This document shows, one piece after another, positions 20,784 through 30,776 of a stretch of 64,000 nucleotides of DNA. How positions within the stretch are numbered: the stretch's first letter is position 1; each line of letters starts with the position of its first letter. The stretch covers positions 112,312 through 176,311 of the IMG/VR virus record IMGVR_UViG_3300007734_000761, one strand, 5' to 3'. A program made the translations under genes and the position numbers. A model generated the notes under the pieces. It was not told where the DNA came from, did no database searches, and saw only the letters and a list, made by a program, of their open reading frames with translations. This DNA is from a virus.

Positions 20784-21193
20784 AACAATACTATTAAAAA
20801 TATACTAATCGCTGCTACTATACCAGTAATTACATAAGATTTACTTAATTTAGTTTGTAAATCACTTATTTGATTTTCTTTTTCTTTTATTACTCCTTTA
20901 TAACTAGTAACTACACTATCATGTCTAGTTTCATTTTTCTTATATAAAGCTATCTGAATATCACCAATTTTTATTGTAGAGTCTTGTGATTTAATTATTT
21001 TATTTTGTGATTTAATAGTATCCCTACAAACAATAAGTTGTTTTTGTAAATAGTCTCGTTCTACTTTTACCTCTAATGCTTTTCTTAAAGCAGAAACTGG
21101 TACTACTACACTAGTATCACTTAAAAGTTTTTGTGAACTTACTGGCAATGTCAGCATTAGACATACCATTAAGACGCTTACGTTCTTCTTCAT
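20780..21193 (-). CDS. Exported coiled-coil protein with C-terminal TM helix (spanin-like?)
   Basis: Signal peptide ending VSS|Q, coiled coil, C-terminal hydrophobic VITGIVAAISIFLIVLL. Confidence 0.5.
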   Translation of the reverse strand: MKKNVSVLMVCLMLTLPVSSQKLLSDTSVVVPVSALRKALEVKVERDYLQKQLIVCRDTIKSQNKIIKSQDSTIKIGDIQIALYKKNETRHDSVVTSYKGVIKEKENQISDLQTKLSKSYVITGIVAAISIFLIVLL

Positions 21194-21458
21194 ATTGTTC
21201 TTTAAATTCTGCGGCTCTTTTAGCTGCTGCTTCTAAATCTTTTTTATCTTTTGCAATTTGAGCAGCTAAAATATTTTTTACTGAGTCTAGGCTAGCTATT
21301 TTTTGTTTATCTTTAGCTATTTCTTTATTCAAGCTATCTATGGTATTATAATATTGTTGTTCTTTATTATTAGAATAACGTGGGGTTGGTTTATGAAACC
21401 AAAAATATAACACAACTATTATAACAACTAAAATCAAAACACTTGATATATTTTTCAT
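21117..21458 (-). CDS. N-anchored coiled-coil membrane protein (i-spanin-like?)
   Basis: N-terminal TM helix followed by a coiled coil; overlaps the next gene by 77 nt. Confidence 0.5.
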   Translation of the reverse strand: MKNISSVLILVVIIVVLYFWFHKPTPRYSNNKEQQYYNTIDSLNKEIAKDKQKIASLDSVKNILAAQIAKDKKDLEAAAKRAAEFKEQYEEERKRLNGMSNADIASKFTKTFK

Positions 21459-21459
21459 A

Positions 21460-21945
21460 TTATAATCCTAAATCAGACATTGTCTTAAGATCATCATTAA
21501 CGTCAAAATCTTCTTCTTCTAATGATGTTCTCCACATGTCAAATTCACTTCTCATAGATTCTTCAGGACTTTTAAATCTTGACATAACATCATTATCAGC
21601 AAATACGCCTGACGTTCCTTTACCATCATCAAATAAATGATATGTCATTCCTTTAATATCTTTAGCAATACCTTTATATTTCATGTATGTTCTTCCTGGT
21701 TCTCCTGAACCTGGCATTCCACCTATATAAACATATTCTTTACCTATTGTTAAATTTTTAGGATCTACTTCATTTAAAGTTTCTTCTTTAAGTTTAACAT
21801 CAGTGTCTTTTAGTTTCATTTCACCAAAAGCATGTTTTTTAAAAGGTACGGCTTCTTGTACATCTTCTACCTCATTTATTGGTAAAGGTTTAAAAGCTTG
21901 TACCATTCTTCTAAATAAATCGTTTGAAAAGTCTATATTGTCCAT
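21460..21945 (-). CDS. Hypothetical protein, probable internal head protein
   Basis: ORF with INE/LNE/LEE sites; ATATTTAT upstream. Confidence 0.5.
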   Translation of the reverse strand: MDNIDFSNDLFRRMVQAFKPLPINEVEDVQEAVPFKKHAFGEMKLKDTDVKLKEETLNEVDPKNLTIGKEYVYIGGMPGSGEPGRTYMKYKGIAKDIKGMTYHLFDDGKGTSGVFADNDVMSRFKSPEESMRSEFDMWRTSLEEEDFDVNDDLKTMSDLGL

Positions 21946-21947
21946 AT

Positions 21948-22478
21948 TTACATTTTAGTATAAATATGTTCAAATATAGCTTTCACACGTTCTTCTGTAG
22001 AACCACTTACTACTAGTAAATTTTTAGGTGGATATGTTTCTAAAAGATTTTGAATTTGATAATCAATTTGATCTCTATATTCTCTATTAGTTTCACGAAC
22101 TCCGTTATCTTCTATTTCTACTCCATCAGGTTTTACATAAATTACTAAATCATACTCATTTCTAAGATTCATTGCGGCATGTTCAAAGTCATATTTTTGA
22201 CTATTATTAATACTTTTAGATAAAGCTGTAAAACTACAAACATCCCATATAGTTCTATCTGTAATGATATTATCAAACATTAACTCAGTACTTCTTTCTG
22301 CTAAGAATATAAATTGACCTTTTAAAGTACTATCAGTATTAAGAGGAATACCTAAACCCATTAAATATTTACTTCGTTCAGTAGCAGTTTCGTAATTTTT
22401 AAAAAAATCATGTGCTCTTAAAGCATTTACTAATGTAGTTTTACCTACACTCATTGTACCTGTTAAACCTATTTTCAT
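21948..22478 (-). CDS. P-loop kinase/ATPase (NadR C-terminal/AAA_28-like)
   Basis: GTMSVGKTTL, ITDRT..D, EDNGVR. Confidence 0.75.
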   Translation of the reverse strand: MKIGLTGTMSVGKTTLVNALRAHDFFKNYETATERSKYLMGLGIPLNTDSTLKGQFIFLAERSTELMFDNIITDRTIWDVCSFTALSKSINNSQKYDFEHAAMNLRNEYDLVIYVKPDGVEIEDNGVRETNREYRDQIDYQIQNLLETYPPKNLLVVSGSTEERVKAIFEHIYTKM

Positions 22479-22479
22479 A

Positions 22480-22722
22480 TTACTTCATTGATTGTTCGTA
22501 ACGTGGATCTTTTGATGGAGGAATACCGTTAAAATCTCTTTTAGCTTCTTCCCACTGTTCTTTAGTTTTTTGTTCTCCAAAAATATAGTATTCTGGTTTT
22601 TGTTTTTGGTCTTTTGAATGAATTAATGCGGGACCATCCCAATTGTGTAGTACTCTACGTTCATCATTGTTGAAGTAATAAATAGTTTTACCATCAACGG
22701 TTTTCATTTTAATTGTTTGCAT
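22480..22722 (-). CDS. Small protein with LHxxDGPA motif
   Basis: LHNWDGPALI...EYYIFG. Confidence 0.6.
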   Translation of the reverse strand: MQTIKMKTVDGKTIYYFNNDERRVLHNWDGPALIHSKDQKQKPEYYIFGEQKTKEQWEEAKRDFNGIPPSKDPRYEQSMK

Positions 22723-22739
22723 AACTTATTGTATATAGT

Positions 22740-24089
22740 TTAAATAAAAAGTGTTAAATCTCCATCATACCACACGTCTTCTAGATGGTATTTATCATTA
22801 AGTAAAGACTCAGCAACATATATCCCATGAGCTCCACTTACTGTAATTCCTCTTGCACTTAGTGCATCTCCTACAAAATAAACATTTGGATATTTAGTAA
22901 GACTTAAATTTTTGTAATTAACTAATGGTTCGGGTGAAAGATATTTTACTTCAGGTACATAAACTCCCCAATCATCACCAAAATCAAATACTTTATTCAT
23001 ATCATCAATAAAGTTTTTAATGTAAGTCCAATATTCACCCATAGCTTCTTCAATTTGAGATGTTTCTGCAACAGGATGACTGCTAACCATTTCACCTTCT
23101 GATGTAATACCTGCTACTCTTGATGGGCTATAGTACAATCCCGTTCCATCTTTTTGTAATTTAGACACAACATTACGACTCCATTCAAATGGATTTTCAA
23201 TGCCTTTGATTTCCATAATAATGCCAAAATTAGTCATATCATTTCTGTATTCTTCGCCTTTCTTTGCATGGCCATTATAAGTAACATCACCATAAGTTTC
23301 TTCTACTGCAACATAAGCAGCATTATTGTTAGTACAAAATGAACGTAAACTAACATCATCAAATTTTTGGTACAATTTAAAATCATAACTTACATCAATT
23401 AATTTCTGAAAGTAATGTTGTGGTGCTTCAAATCGAACTCCAATTTGAACTGATTTAGGTTCATCTGGTAATTGATATTGATTAGCTAATTGTTGAGCAA
23501 AATCAATTCCTGACTTGCCTACTGCAAATATAAGTTCTTCATAATCTATTTCTAGATTTAACTCACTGTTTAAAATATCACAAACTATAAGTTCTTGAGT
23601 AAAATCAATACTAGTTACTTTAGTTTCCCAATAAAAGTTTACACCTTTATTAACTAAATATTGATACCAGTTTTTAGCAATTTCATGAAGATAATTACTT
23701 CCAATGTGATATACAGGAAACATTCTTAAACCAAAATATGGTTTAATAAATTCAGGTTCTTCTTGAGGATTTGACAAGTAAATTTCTGATTCTTTAGGAT
23801 GAAAACGTCTAAAGTTTTCTATTACTTGATCCATTAATTCCATTGCTTTTTTCTCACCACAGTATTTTGATAATTGACCACCAATTGCTGTGTGGTAAGT
23901 TAATTTACCATCACTCCATCCTCCTGCTCCTAACATTCCTTCCATTACTTCTTCAGGAAGTCTGTTATGGGGATCTTTACCCATATCAATAATAGTAATA
24001 TCTTTTCCAGGATAACCATTATCTACTAATTTAGTTGCTGCATTGATGCCTGCAACACCTGCTCCTACAATAACTATTTTCATGCTCAT
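22740..24089 (-). CDS. FAD/NAD(P)-dependent oxidoreductase
   Basis: IVIVGAGVAG Rossmann motif, GAGGWSDGKL, VYFVGD. Confidence 0.85.
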   Translation of the reverse strand: MSMKIVIVGAGVAGINAATKLVDNGYPGKDITIIDMGKDPHNRLPEEVMEGMLGAGGWSDGKLTYHTAIGGQLSKYCGEKKAMELMDQVIENFRRFHPKESEIYLSNPQEEPEFIKPYFGLRMFPVYHIGSNYLHEIAKNWYQYLVNKGVNFYWETKVTSIDFTQELIVCDILNSELNLEIDYEELIFAVGKSGIDFAQQLANQYQLPDEPKSVQIGVRFEAPQHYFQKLIDVSYDFKLYQKFDDVSLRSFCTNNNAAYVAVEETYGDVTYNGHAKKGEEYRNDMTNFGIIMEIKGIENPFEWSRNVVSKLQKDGTGLYYSPSRVAGITSEGEMVSSHPVAETSQIEEAMGEYWTYIKNFIDDMNKVFDFGDDWGVYVPEVKYLSPEPLVNYKNLSLTKYPNVYFVGDALSARGITVSGAHGIYVAESLLNDKYHLEDVWYDGDLTLFI

Positions 24090-24098
24090 AACTAAAAT

Positions 24099-24127
24099 AT
24101 TATAATAAATTATTCATATTAAACCAA
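24099..24127 (-). promoter_or_regulatory. Sigma70-like promoter TTGGTT-N17-TATAAT
   Basis: Exact 17-nt spacing; -10 box lies 9 nt above the ATG at 24089. Confidence 0.6.
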
Positions 24128-24382
24128 ATAAATTTTTAATTTAAGTTTACCATTTCCTTTAATAGCTCTATGCCATTTGTGTTTAGGAATGTAAATTGGT
24201 TTATTTAATGAAGTTGGTAATTCGTTGTCTAATTGAATTTTCCAATTTGTTTCACCAATTATTTCAATTGTTCTGTCTTCATTATCACGATGCCACATCA
24301 ATTCTATAGGATCAATGTTTTCATCAAATTCCCTAATAATATATTTGTCAGTAATTTCTAAATCTTTATACGGCTTTATCAT
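24119..24382 (-). CDS. Small cupin-like protein
   Basis: WHRD.EDR and IYIPKHKWHRAIKG. Confidence 0.6.
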   Translation of the reverse strand: MIKPYKDLEITDKYIIREFDENIDPIELMWHRDNEDRTIEIIGETNWKIQLDNELPTSLNKPIYIPKHKWHRAIKGNGKLKLKIYLV

Positions 24383-24791
24383 CTGTAAGAGGACCGCCTA
24401 CAACCCAAGCATTACAAGTTCGAGCTGCAGCACATTTAAACTTTAAAAACCTACAGTATCCTAATTGACCTGCTTTAATAACATCAAATGGATCTTCTGT
24501 ACCTTCATCACTACCTATTCCTTTAGCTATGCAATCTAATGTTTTTGTTGTAATATCAAATGCAGCACAGTTACCACAACGAGAAGATTTAGCTTCTTCT
24601 ATAGAATCAAGTTTCCACATGTCTACTTTATCCTGCCAAAATTTATCGTTTGGTTCATTTGGGTTTAGAGGACCATATCCATACTCATTAATTGCTTTTT
24701 GTCTGTTTTGAAGATTTAATTCAATATTTTGAGTGGGGGCAGGACATTTACTTATTTCTGCTTCGTTTAATATATTAATTAGTTTTATCAT
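24366..24791 (-). CDS. Cys-rich putative internal head protein
   Basis: Leader MIKLINILNE; CGNC...C..C...C. Confidence 0.6.
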   Translation of the reverse strand: MIKLINILNEAEISKCPAPTQNIELNLQNRQKAINEYGYGPLNPNEPNDKFWQDKVDMWKLDSIEEAKSSRCGNCAAFDITTKTLDCIAKGIGSDEGTEDPFDVIKAGQLGYCRFLKFKCAAARTCNAWVVGGPLTDDKAV

Positions 24792-25108
24792 TTTTTATCT
24801 TTAATTAACAATTCACCTAAAACTTCTAAACGACCAACTTCTCTTTGAAATTCAATTTGAGACATGTCTAAAGAGATTTTTTTATAAGTTTCCTCGTATT
24901 CTTTTTTTGCTTTTTCTAAATCTAATTTACCTTCACTTGCCTTTTTGTAATAGGGTAATTTAACTTTAAAGTGGTGCCAAGTTAAAAGCGCTAAACCTCC
25001 TTTTTTGTGAGCATTATCAGCAATTTTTTTAGCTCCACTCATACGAGTTTGACTAAAATCTTCAAATTGGTTTTTTGCTTCTACTAGTATGTCTTTAAAT
25101 TTAATCAT
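24788..25108 (-). CDS. Putative internal head protein
   Basis: Leader MIKFKDILVE. Confidence 0.6.
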   Translation of the reverse strand: MIKFKDILVEAKNQFEDFSQTRMSGAKKIADNAHKKGGLALLTWHHFKVKLPYYKKASEGKLDLEKAKKEYEETYKKISLDMSQIEFQREVGRLEVLGELLIKDKK

Positions 25109-25464
25109 TTTTTTAATCGTTGAGTTTTTCTTTTAGATGCTTCTTTTCTGGCAGTGATGTATGTTAGTCCTTTTTTTAAACGAGCTTTTACTTCAGGATT
25201 TTTGGCTTTACTATATGCTGCTCTTACACGTTGATGAATTAAGTTAATAATCTGTGATTGGCGAGCATGGCTTTTTGCTTTAAAAGATGATTTAGACAAT
25301 GTATTTTTAATGTCTTGAACAGTTTTAAATTTAACACCTACAGTATCTGTTGGATCTTCATCTGTGTATAAACGGCGACTTGATCCTTTTGGCTTTTTAC
25401 CTGTGCCTACTTTAGGATCAGCCTCATTTAAAGATTCTTTTAGAAGATCTACTAGTTTAATCAT
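25105..25464 (-). CDS. Basic putative internal head protein
   Basis: Leader MIKLVDLLKE-SLNE; highly Lys/Arg-rich. Confidence 0.6.
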   Translation of the reverse strand: MIKLVDLLKESLNEADPKVGTGKKPKGSSRRLYTDEDPTDTVGVKFKTVQDIKNTLSKSSFKAKSHARQSQIINLIHQRVRAAYSKAKNPEVKARLKKGLTYITARKEASKRKTQRLKK

Positions 25465-26189
25465 TTTGTTTTACCCCATGTTTTACCTTTACCTGGTCTT
25501 TTACATTGAGAAGGTGTAGGTCTACATGATGGATATTTTGATCTTACCTCACCTTTTTTACGGCCACAAGGTTTACATTTTCCATCACGACAAGTATTAC
25601 AATCTACCCATCCTCCTGTTTTACCTGGTGCTCCTTTACGTTTAAACCAAGTTCTTAATGTTTCTTTTTTAGCTTCATCTAATTCAGATTTTCTATTATT
25701 AATATAAGTTTCAATATCTTCGGCTTTATAGCCTAATAGTTGACCTATTCTTCTAGCATCTTCATCAGTAGCTTTATATGACAAATAACCATTGTATTTT
25801 TCTGCTATGTCTTTTAACTCATTAGCTTCATTTTCTGCTCCTTTTACATAAAAAACATAAGCTCTATGGGGATTTGAAGGAACTTTAATAGTACCTAAAT
25901 CAAACTTTTTTACAATATCCCAAAAATTTTTTTCAGGAAAATCCATGCCATCTAAAACCATAAAACCTAATTTTCGTTTTCCATCTAAAACAGTTTTTAT
26001 AGAACCTTTATCCTCGTATGCTTCTTCAGCACTAATTTCTTCTTTTAGTCCCTTCCAAATATTTCCTTTACGACATCTAACAATAGCACCAGACTTATAT
26101 GCTGAAGGTTTACTGTAACGACGATCTGCTATGCGTTTACAGCGATCTTCAGTAAGTACTTCAAGTAATATGTTAGTAAGTTTAATCAT
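25461..26189 (-). CDS. Multi-segment putative internal head protein
   Basis: Leader MIKLTNILLE; three segments split by LKE and LDE; basic Cys-rich C-terminus. Confidence 0.6.
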   Translation of the reverse strand: MIKLTNILLEVLTEDRCKRIADRRYSKPSAYKSGAIVRCRKGNIWKGLKEEISAEEAYEDKGSIKTVLDGKRKLGFMVLDGMDFPEKNFWDIVKKFDLGTIKVPSNPHRAYVFYVKGAENEANELKDIAEKYNGYLSYKATDEDARRIGQLLGYKAEDIETYINNRKSELDEAKKETLRTWFKRKGAPGKTGGWVDCNTCRDGKCKPCGRKKGEVRSKYPSCRPTPSQCKRPGKGKTWGKTK

Positions 26190-27064
26190 ACAGAAATTGA
26201 AGTTGATATGTCACCTGTAGGTATTAACTTACCACCCATATTTTCTATTTTTTGTTTCATTTCTTCAAAGTTTTTTGGTATTACACTTACTTTAAAACTT
26301 TTTGGGTTTTCTTGAACAAATTTAAAAAAATCATTTAATGTAGGAAATAAACCTGTTATATTAGGACGATTTTTATAATCATATTTTTTTAGTTCAACAG
26401 CTTCTCCGGGTATTTTTAAGTACTGTTTTTTTTCTAAAAATGGTTTTAAAAATCCATATTTAGTTGCTCTAAATACTGTTATTTTTTTTAATTTACCATT
26501 AAAATAAAAAATTCCTAATTCCTTTTTTATTCCATTTTCTACACTTCCATATTGTACTGCTAGTCTTCTTTGTGCTTCTCTAGGTAATTCTATAGTAAAA
26601 TTTTCTGTTACCGAAAAATCTATTTTATTTACGTTTTTATCTATTTTTATTTTTCTTAAGGCTTTAGATAAATCAATGCCTTGAGTCAAATCAGAAGTAG
26701 GAGCTGATGAAACTGTAAACTCATCATCTATGTCTACTCCTAAGTCTTTTGCTTTAATAGCTGCACCTTCTACAGGCATTATAATGCCATTCTGCAATAA
26801 AGCTTTTATAAACGTACTAGCGTTACCTGTTCCTTTAATGTTGAATACTTTTTTAACATCATCTACATTGAAATGATTTATGTCTTCTAAAGATTCCATT
26901 TTCAAAACAATGTCTTGAAATCTAGGTCCTGAGCCTCTAACATTAGATATTTTACTTTCCCAGTCATCTGTTAAAGTGTAGAACTTCTTTATCTGTGGCA
27001 TTTCAGCCAAATGTCTTTTTACAGCTTCTACTAGTATTGCTTTTATTAAATTTCTTTTTTCCAT
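26186..27064 (-). CDS. Hypothetical protein, probable internal head protein
   Basis: N-terminal ILVE/LAE; internal DDEFTVSSAP resembles the polyprotein tag. Confidence 0.5.
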   Translation of the reverse strand: MEKRNLIKAILVEAVKRHLAEMPQIKKFYTLTDDWESKISNVRGSGPRFQDIVLKMESLEDINHFNVDDVKKVFNIKGTGNASTFIKALLQNGIIMPVEGAAIKAKDLGVDIDDEFTVSSAPTSDLTQGIDLSKALRKIKIDKNVNKIDFSVTENFTIELPREAQRRLAVQYGSVENGIKKELGIFYFNGKLKKITVFRATKYGFLKPFLEKKQYLKIPGEAVELKKYDYKNRPNITGLFPTLNDFFKFVQENPKSFKVSVIPKNFEEMKQKIENMGGKLIPTGDISTSISV

Positions 27065-27065
27065 A

Positions 27066-27698
27066 TTACCAAAATCCTGAGTATGATGATTTTAATCCTA
27101 ATAATTTAGCGTAGCGAGGTAAACGACAACTCCAGTAACTTGCTTTTGTTCTGTCTTTTTTATTAGGACAATCGTGACGTTTTGAAAAAGCAGCTCTTGC
27201 TTTAGAGTTATTAATTTTAGCTGACAAACCAGTAGTGTCACCAAATGATACTTTTTTAACTCCACCACCTGGTTTTCTTACATAAACATAGAATTTTTTA
27301 GATCCACCACGTTTTGGTTTACCAATTGGAGGTATTTTTTTCTTTTTATCTGCTTCTTCTAAGTCTACTTCTTCTAATAGTAAGTCTATTGGAACTAATT
27401 TACCATTGTAAAAATCAAACGTACCAATTTCTGTTTCTTCTAAAAGTTGCTTGTCAGCTCCATCGAAAGTTATTTGTTTATTTTCATGTAACCATCTAGC
27501 TTCTTGCCATAAGTCAAGAAAAGATTCACTGCCATATCTAAATGTATTTTCAGTAATAGGAAGTTTTTGATAAACATGATATAACATGTTAGGACTAATT
27601 TTTTCTGGGTTAGTCGATTCTGTTAGTAAAGGAGCTTTAGGTCTGGCGCAAGTTGGACATCCTGATCCTTCTAACAATATGTCTTTTAACTTAATCAT
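27066..27698 (-). CDS. Putative internal head protein with basic C-terminal domain
   Basis: Leader MIKLKDILLE; LTE and LEE sites; KKFYVYV...KVSFGD...RHDC...YWSC. Confidence 0.6.
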   Translation of the reverse strand: MIKLKDILLEGSGCPTCARPKAPLLTESTNPEKISPNMLYHVYQKLPITENTFRYGSESFLDLWQEARWLHENKQITFDGADKQLLEETEIGTFDFYNGKLVPIDLLLEEVDLEEADKKKKIPPIGKPKRGGSKKFYVYVRKPGGGVKKVSFGDTTGLSAKINNSKARAAFSKRHDCPNKKDRTKASYWSCRLPRYAKLLGLKSSYSGFW

Positions 27699-29449
27699 TT
27701 TGGTCTGTTCGTTGATTTTACTTTTAAACTAGGAAGTATACCTCCTGCTGAATTTCTTATATCTATTTGATAAATAGTTTCACCTCCTTCAGGACTGTTA
27801 GTAGTAACTCTTACTTCACATGACTTACTTGATATTGATGGATATTTTACTTTTACTTTAGTTACTTCTCCAATAAGTTCATCAATATCTTCCTTTTTAT
27901 TTATATCTTTTATATAAAGTTCGCCTGGTTTGATTTGTCTTACATAATAATACCCATAACCATAACTAGATCTTAAGAAAATAATGATTTTTTGTCCATC
28001 ATAATCAGTAATATCTTCCCACTGTGCCGGTACTCCTTCTTGTTTAACGTAATTTTCTAAACCCTCTGCTATTTTTTCAGGATTAACACCAGTAATTTCA
28101 ATTATTTTCTTAGTTAAACTATCATCCTTCATAAAACTATCTTCATCAAAATAAATATTTTTATCTGGGCTTTGTTTGATGAATTTTAACGTTCCTCCAT
28201 TATAAATGTAATCACCTTTTGGATCTTTTAATGAAATTTTATAATCTTGACCGTTAGCTTTAATAATAATATCAGCTATTTTTGTGCCTATATCTTCAGG
28301 TTCTTCTAAACTTGGTTGACGTTTAGTATCTATTTTACCTGTACCTTCTATATCGTCTGCTTTTATAGTTTGAGGATTAATTTCAAGATAATCAAAAAGT
28401 TGTTTTACTTCTTCATCTTCTATATCTTTTAATTCTTTACCTGCACTCTGTTTTAACTTATCTACAAATTCTTTTTCATAAGCTTCTCCTTTATTAGCCC
28501 CTGATGCTAATATTACACCAACAGGTCCAAACTCAGTTTCAAAACTATACATAGGAAATCTATTGCTACCATAAGGTTTAACATTTATACCTGTTTTAGG
28601 AGGAATTATTGTAATGTTAGCGTCTGGATATAAAGTTTGTAGTAAAGCTTCGAATTGTTCGCTAGGTATTTTATTTGGGTTTGCTACTCTTGAACTTTTG
28701 TTCATGGGTTTAAATCCAAATTCTTTATTTTCTTCAGAATTTAAAATTCTTTGAACTACTTTACCACTATTTTGACCTATAGAACCTTCCAAAAGTAAAA
28801 CTTGTCTTAATGCTATGCGAAACGCCGTTGGGTACTTTTTACCTATTTCTAAAAGCGTCTTTTTTTTTGACTCTACTAGAGGTGTAGTAGTAGTTTCTTC
28901 TGCTGTAGGTAAACTTTCATTTCCTGTTGGTGGAGCTCCCTCTCCTCCTCCTCCTGCGAATGGGTTAGATCCTTCAGAAGGTAATGGTGTTTCTGTAGAT
29001 TCATTGGCCATTGCTTCTTCACTTGGTTCAAGTCCTAACGGAGCTCCCATCATTAATAAGCGAGCTATAGCATCAATTGCTCTTCCTCGTTCTCCTACAT
29101 TTAATAAGTAGTATTTTTTACCAGCTATTTTAGCAATCCAAGTTCTTCCCATGTAAATCATGTAAAAAAACTGGTTGTTATGTAAAATTACTTTAAAAGT
29201 TGTAGGTATAGGAGCAATAACGTAAATACCTGTTATATAATCTAAAAAATCATTACTAAGTAATGTTTGGAGAGATTCTTTTAATGTAGGGTAACTATAG
29301 AGTATATAACCTATTGGATCTTCTTCAAATGTAGGAACTTTCTTAGTATCTTTGTTGAACTTTTCAATGTAAGCCTTATCCGTTTCCTTAGATGTACGGA
29401 ATTTTTGGTATTCTTCGTCGAATATTTTTTGAAAAGTTTTAATATTCAT
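27695..29449 (-). CDS. Hypothetical protein with possible C-terminal PD-(D/E)XK-like nuclease domain
   Basis: YEKEF...KIADIII....YKISLK; Pro/Gly linker then LVE/LLE/LLE sites before this domain. Confidence 0.4.
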   Translation of the reverse strand: MNIKTFQKIFDEEYQKFRTSKETDKAYIEKFNKDTKKVPTFEEDPIGYILYSYPTLKESLQTLLSNDFLDYITGIYVIAPIPTTFKVILHNNQFFYMIYMGRTWIAKIAGKKYYLLNVGERGRAIDAIARLLMMGAPLGLEPSEEAMANESTETPLPSEGSNPFAGGGGEGAPPTGNESLPTAEETTTTPLVESKKKTLLEIGKKYPTAFRIALRQVLLLEGSIGQNSGKVVQRILNSEENKEFGFKPMNKSSRVANPNKIPSEQFEALLQTLYPDANITIIPPKTGINVKPYGSNRFPMYSFETEFGPVGVILASGANKGEAYEKEFVDKLKQSAGKELKDIEDEEVKQLFDYLEINPQTIKADDIEGTGKIDTKRQPSLEEPEDIGTKIADIIIKANGQDYKISLKDPKGDYIYNGGTLKFIKQSPDKNIYFDEDSFMKDDSLTKKIIEITGVNPEKIAEGLENYVKQEGVPAQWEDITDYDGQKIIIFLRSSYGYGYYYVRQIKPGELYIKDINKKEDIDELIGEVTKVKVKYPSISSKSCEVRVTTNSPEGGETIYQIDIRNSAGGILPSLKVKSTNRPK

Positions 29450-30075
29450 TACTTACGACGTAATTTTGCTTTTTCTATTCTTTCACCTTTAGCAACACCG
29501 GCACCAAAAGTATTTTTTTCACCTTTTTTACCAAAACGTTTTGCGTCTCTAGCACGTTTATAATCAGTATCGCCTCTTCCTTCATAGAATTGAGCACCTA
29601 AAATAACATCTGAGTCAGAAGAACGCATAGATGGCATATCATCCATTTCTTCACTTTCTTCTCCAGCTAAATAATTATAAACTGAGTTTAGATAGTCCTC
29701 TGCTATAGTAAGTTTTGACTGTACCCATGCATCTAACTGTTCTCCATCGTCAATCATATTACACAACTTATCAGTTAAACTTTTAATAGAACGAAGCTGA
29801 CCATGAGCCATATCTGATTCATCATCTGGCTGCTTCCAATCATCTTCTTCTAAATCCTCAGCATCAAAAGACATATTTGGTCCTGTTGGATTTGGAACTA
29901 ATGGTTGTTCTTTCATATTTTTAGCAGCACGTAATGCTTTAAAATCAGCACCTGTAATTTTATCTTTAGGTTCAGCTGCAGATGCTATTTTCATTTGTTT
30001 ATCAGACAATTCATTAAGCTCTTTTAAAGCTTGCTGCATGCGCCATTCGTGGATGTCAAAATTATTGTTAGTCAT
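29449..30075 (-). CDS. Hypothetical acidic protein, probable internal head protein
   Basis: LNE, MKE, LEE, FYE sites separating short segments. Confidence 0.5.
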   Translation of the reverse strand: MTNNNFDIHEWRMQQALKELNELSDKQMKIASAAEPKDKITGADFKALRAAKNMKEQPLVPNPTGPNMSFDAEDLEEDDWKQPDDESDMAHGQLRSIKSLTDKLCNMIDDGEQLDAWVQSKLTIAEDYLNSVYNYLAGEESEEMDDMPSMRSSDSDVILGAQFYEGRGDTDYKRARDAKRFGKKGEKNTFGAGVAKGERIEKAKLRRK

Positions 30076-30415
30076 TTTTATATTCTGTTACTTCGGCGCC
30101 TAATACATTAGGCATTTTTTTACGGATATTTTCTAAAATCTTTTTAAGTCTTTCAGAAGTTACTTTACCTTCTTTAGCACTTACCTTTATTCCTGTTGAG
30201 TCTTTAATCTCAAATTTAAAAGGTGGTTCAGACATTTTTGATTCTTTAGCTAATTTAGAATAGTTACTAGGATTGCTTAACCATTTCATAGCACTATTTC
30301 TTAAACCTTCTGATTTAAATACAAAACCTGGTGTTAGTACCTCTACTACTTCCTTTTCTTCAGAAATAATACCAGCTAACGCCTGCATTCTTTTTATTTC
30401 AACTGCTGATTGCAT
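30068..30415 (-). CDS. Hypothetical protein with N-terminal RMQALAGI motif
   Basis: EIKRMQALAGIISE matches the scaffold C-terminus. Confidence 0.55.
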   Translation of the reverse strand: MQSAVEIKRMQALAGIISEEKEVVEVLTPGFVFKSEGLRNSAMKWLSNPSNYSKLAKESKMSEPPFKFEIKDSTGIKVSAKEGKVTSERLKKILENIRKKMPNVLGAEVTEYKND

Positions 30416-30416
30416 A

Positions 30417-30761
30417 TTATTTTTCTAACTTTGCCATTTCAGCATAAAGTCTTTTCATTTCGTTATGCATCTTTTCTATTTCACTCATTGAATTTTCATA
30501 TCCTTCGTGTGTCATAGTTTCATACATACCTTTTACATTATTATGCATTTCACCCATTTCAGCCATTAATTCTTCTTTTTTCTTTCCTACATTAAAGGCT
30601 TCAACGATTTCTTTTAATTCGTCTTTAGCAGCTTTAGGATCGTTGGCATAAAGAGCTTTTAAATATTGTTTTACATCTCCTTTAGTGCAACCAACTTTTG
30701 CACCCATTTTTCCGTCTTTAGTTTTTTTATAGACACATTTTCCTTTGGCTTTGTATGGCAT
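30417..30761 (-). CDS. Hypothetical protein
   Basis: Basic N-terminal domain and Met/Glu-rich coiled coil; ATATTTAT upstream. Confidence 0.55.
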   Translation of the reverse strand: MPYKAKGKCVYKKTKDGKMGAKVGCTKGDVKQYLKALYANDPKAAKDELKEIVEAFNVGKKKEELMAEMGEMHNNVKGMYETMTHEGYENSMSEIEKMHNEMKRLYAEMAKLEK

Positions 30762-30776
30762 AATTATAATATTAGT

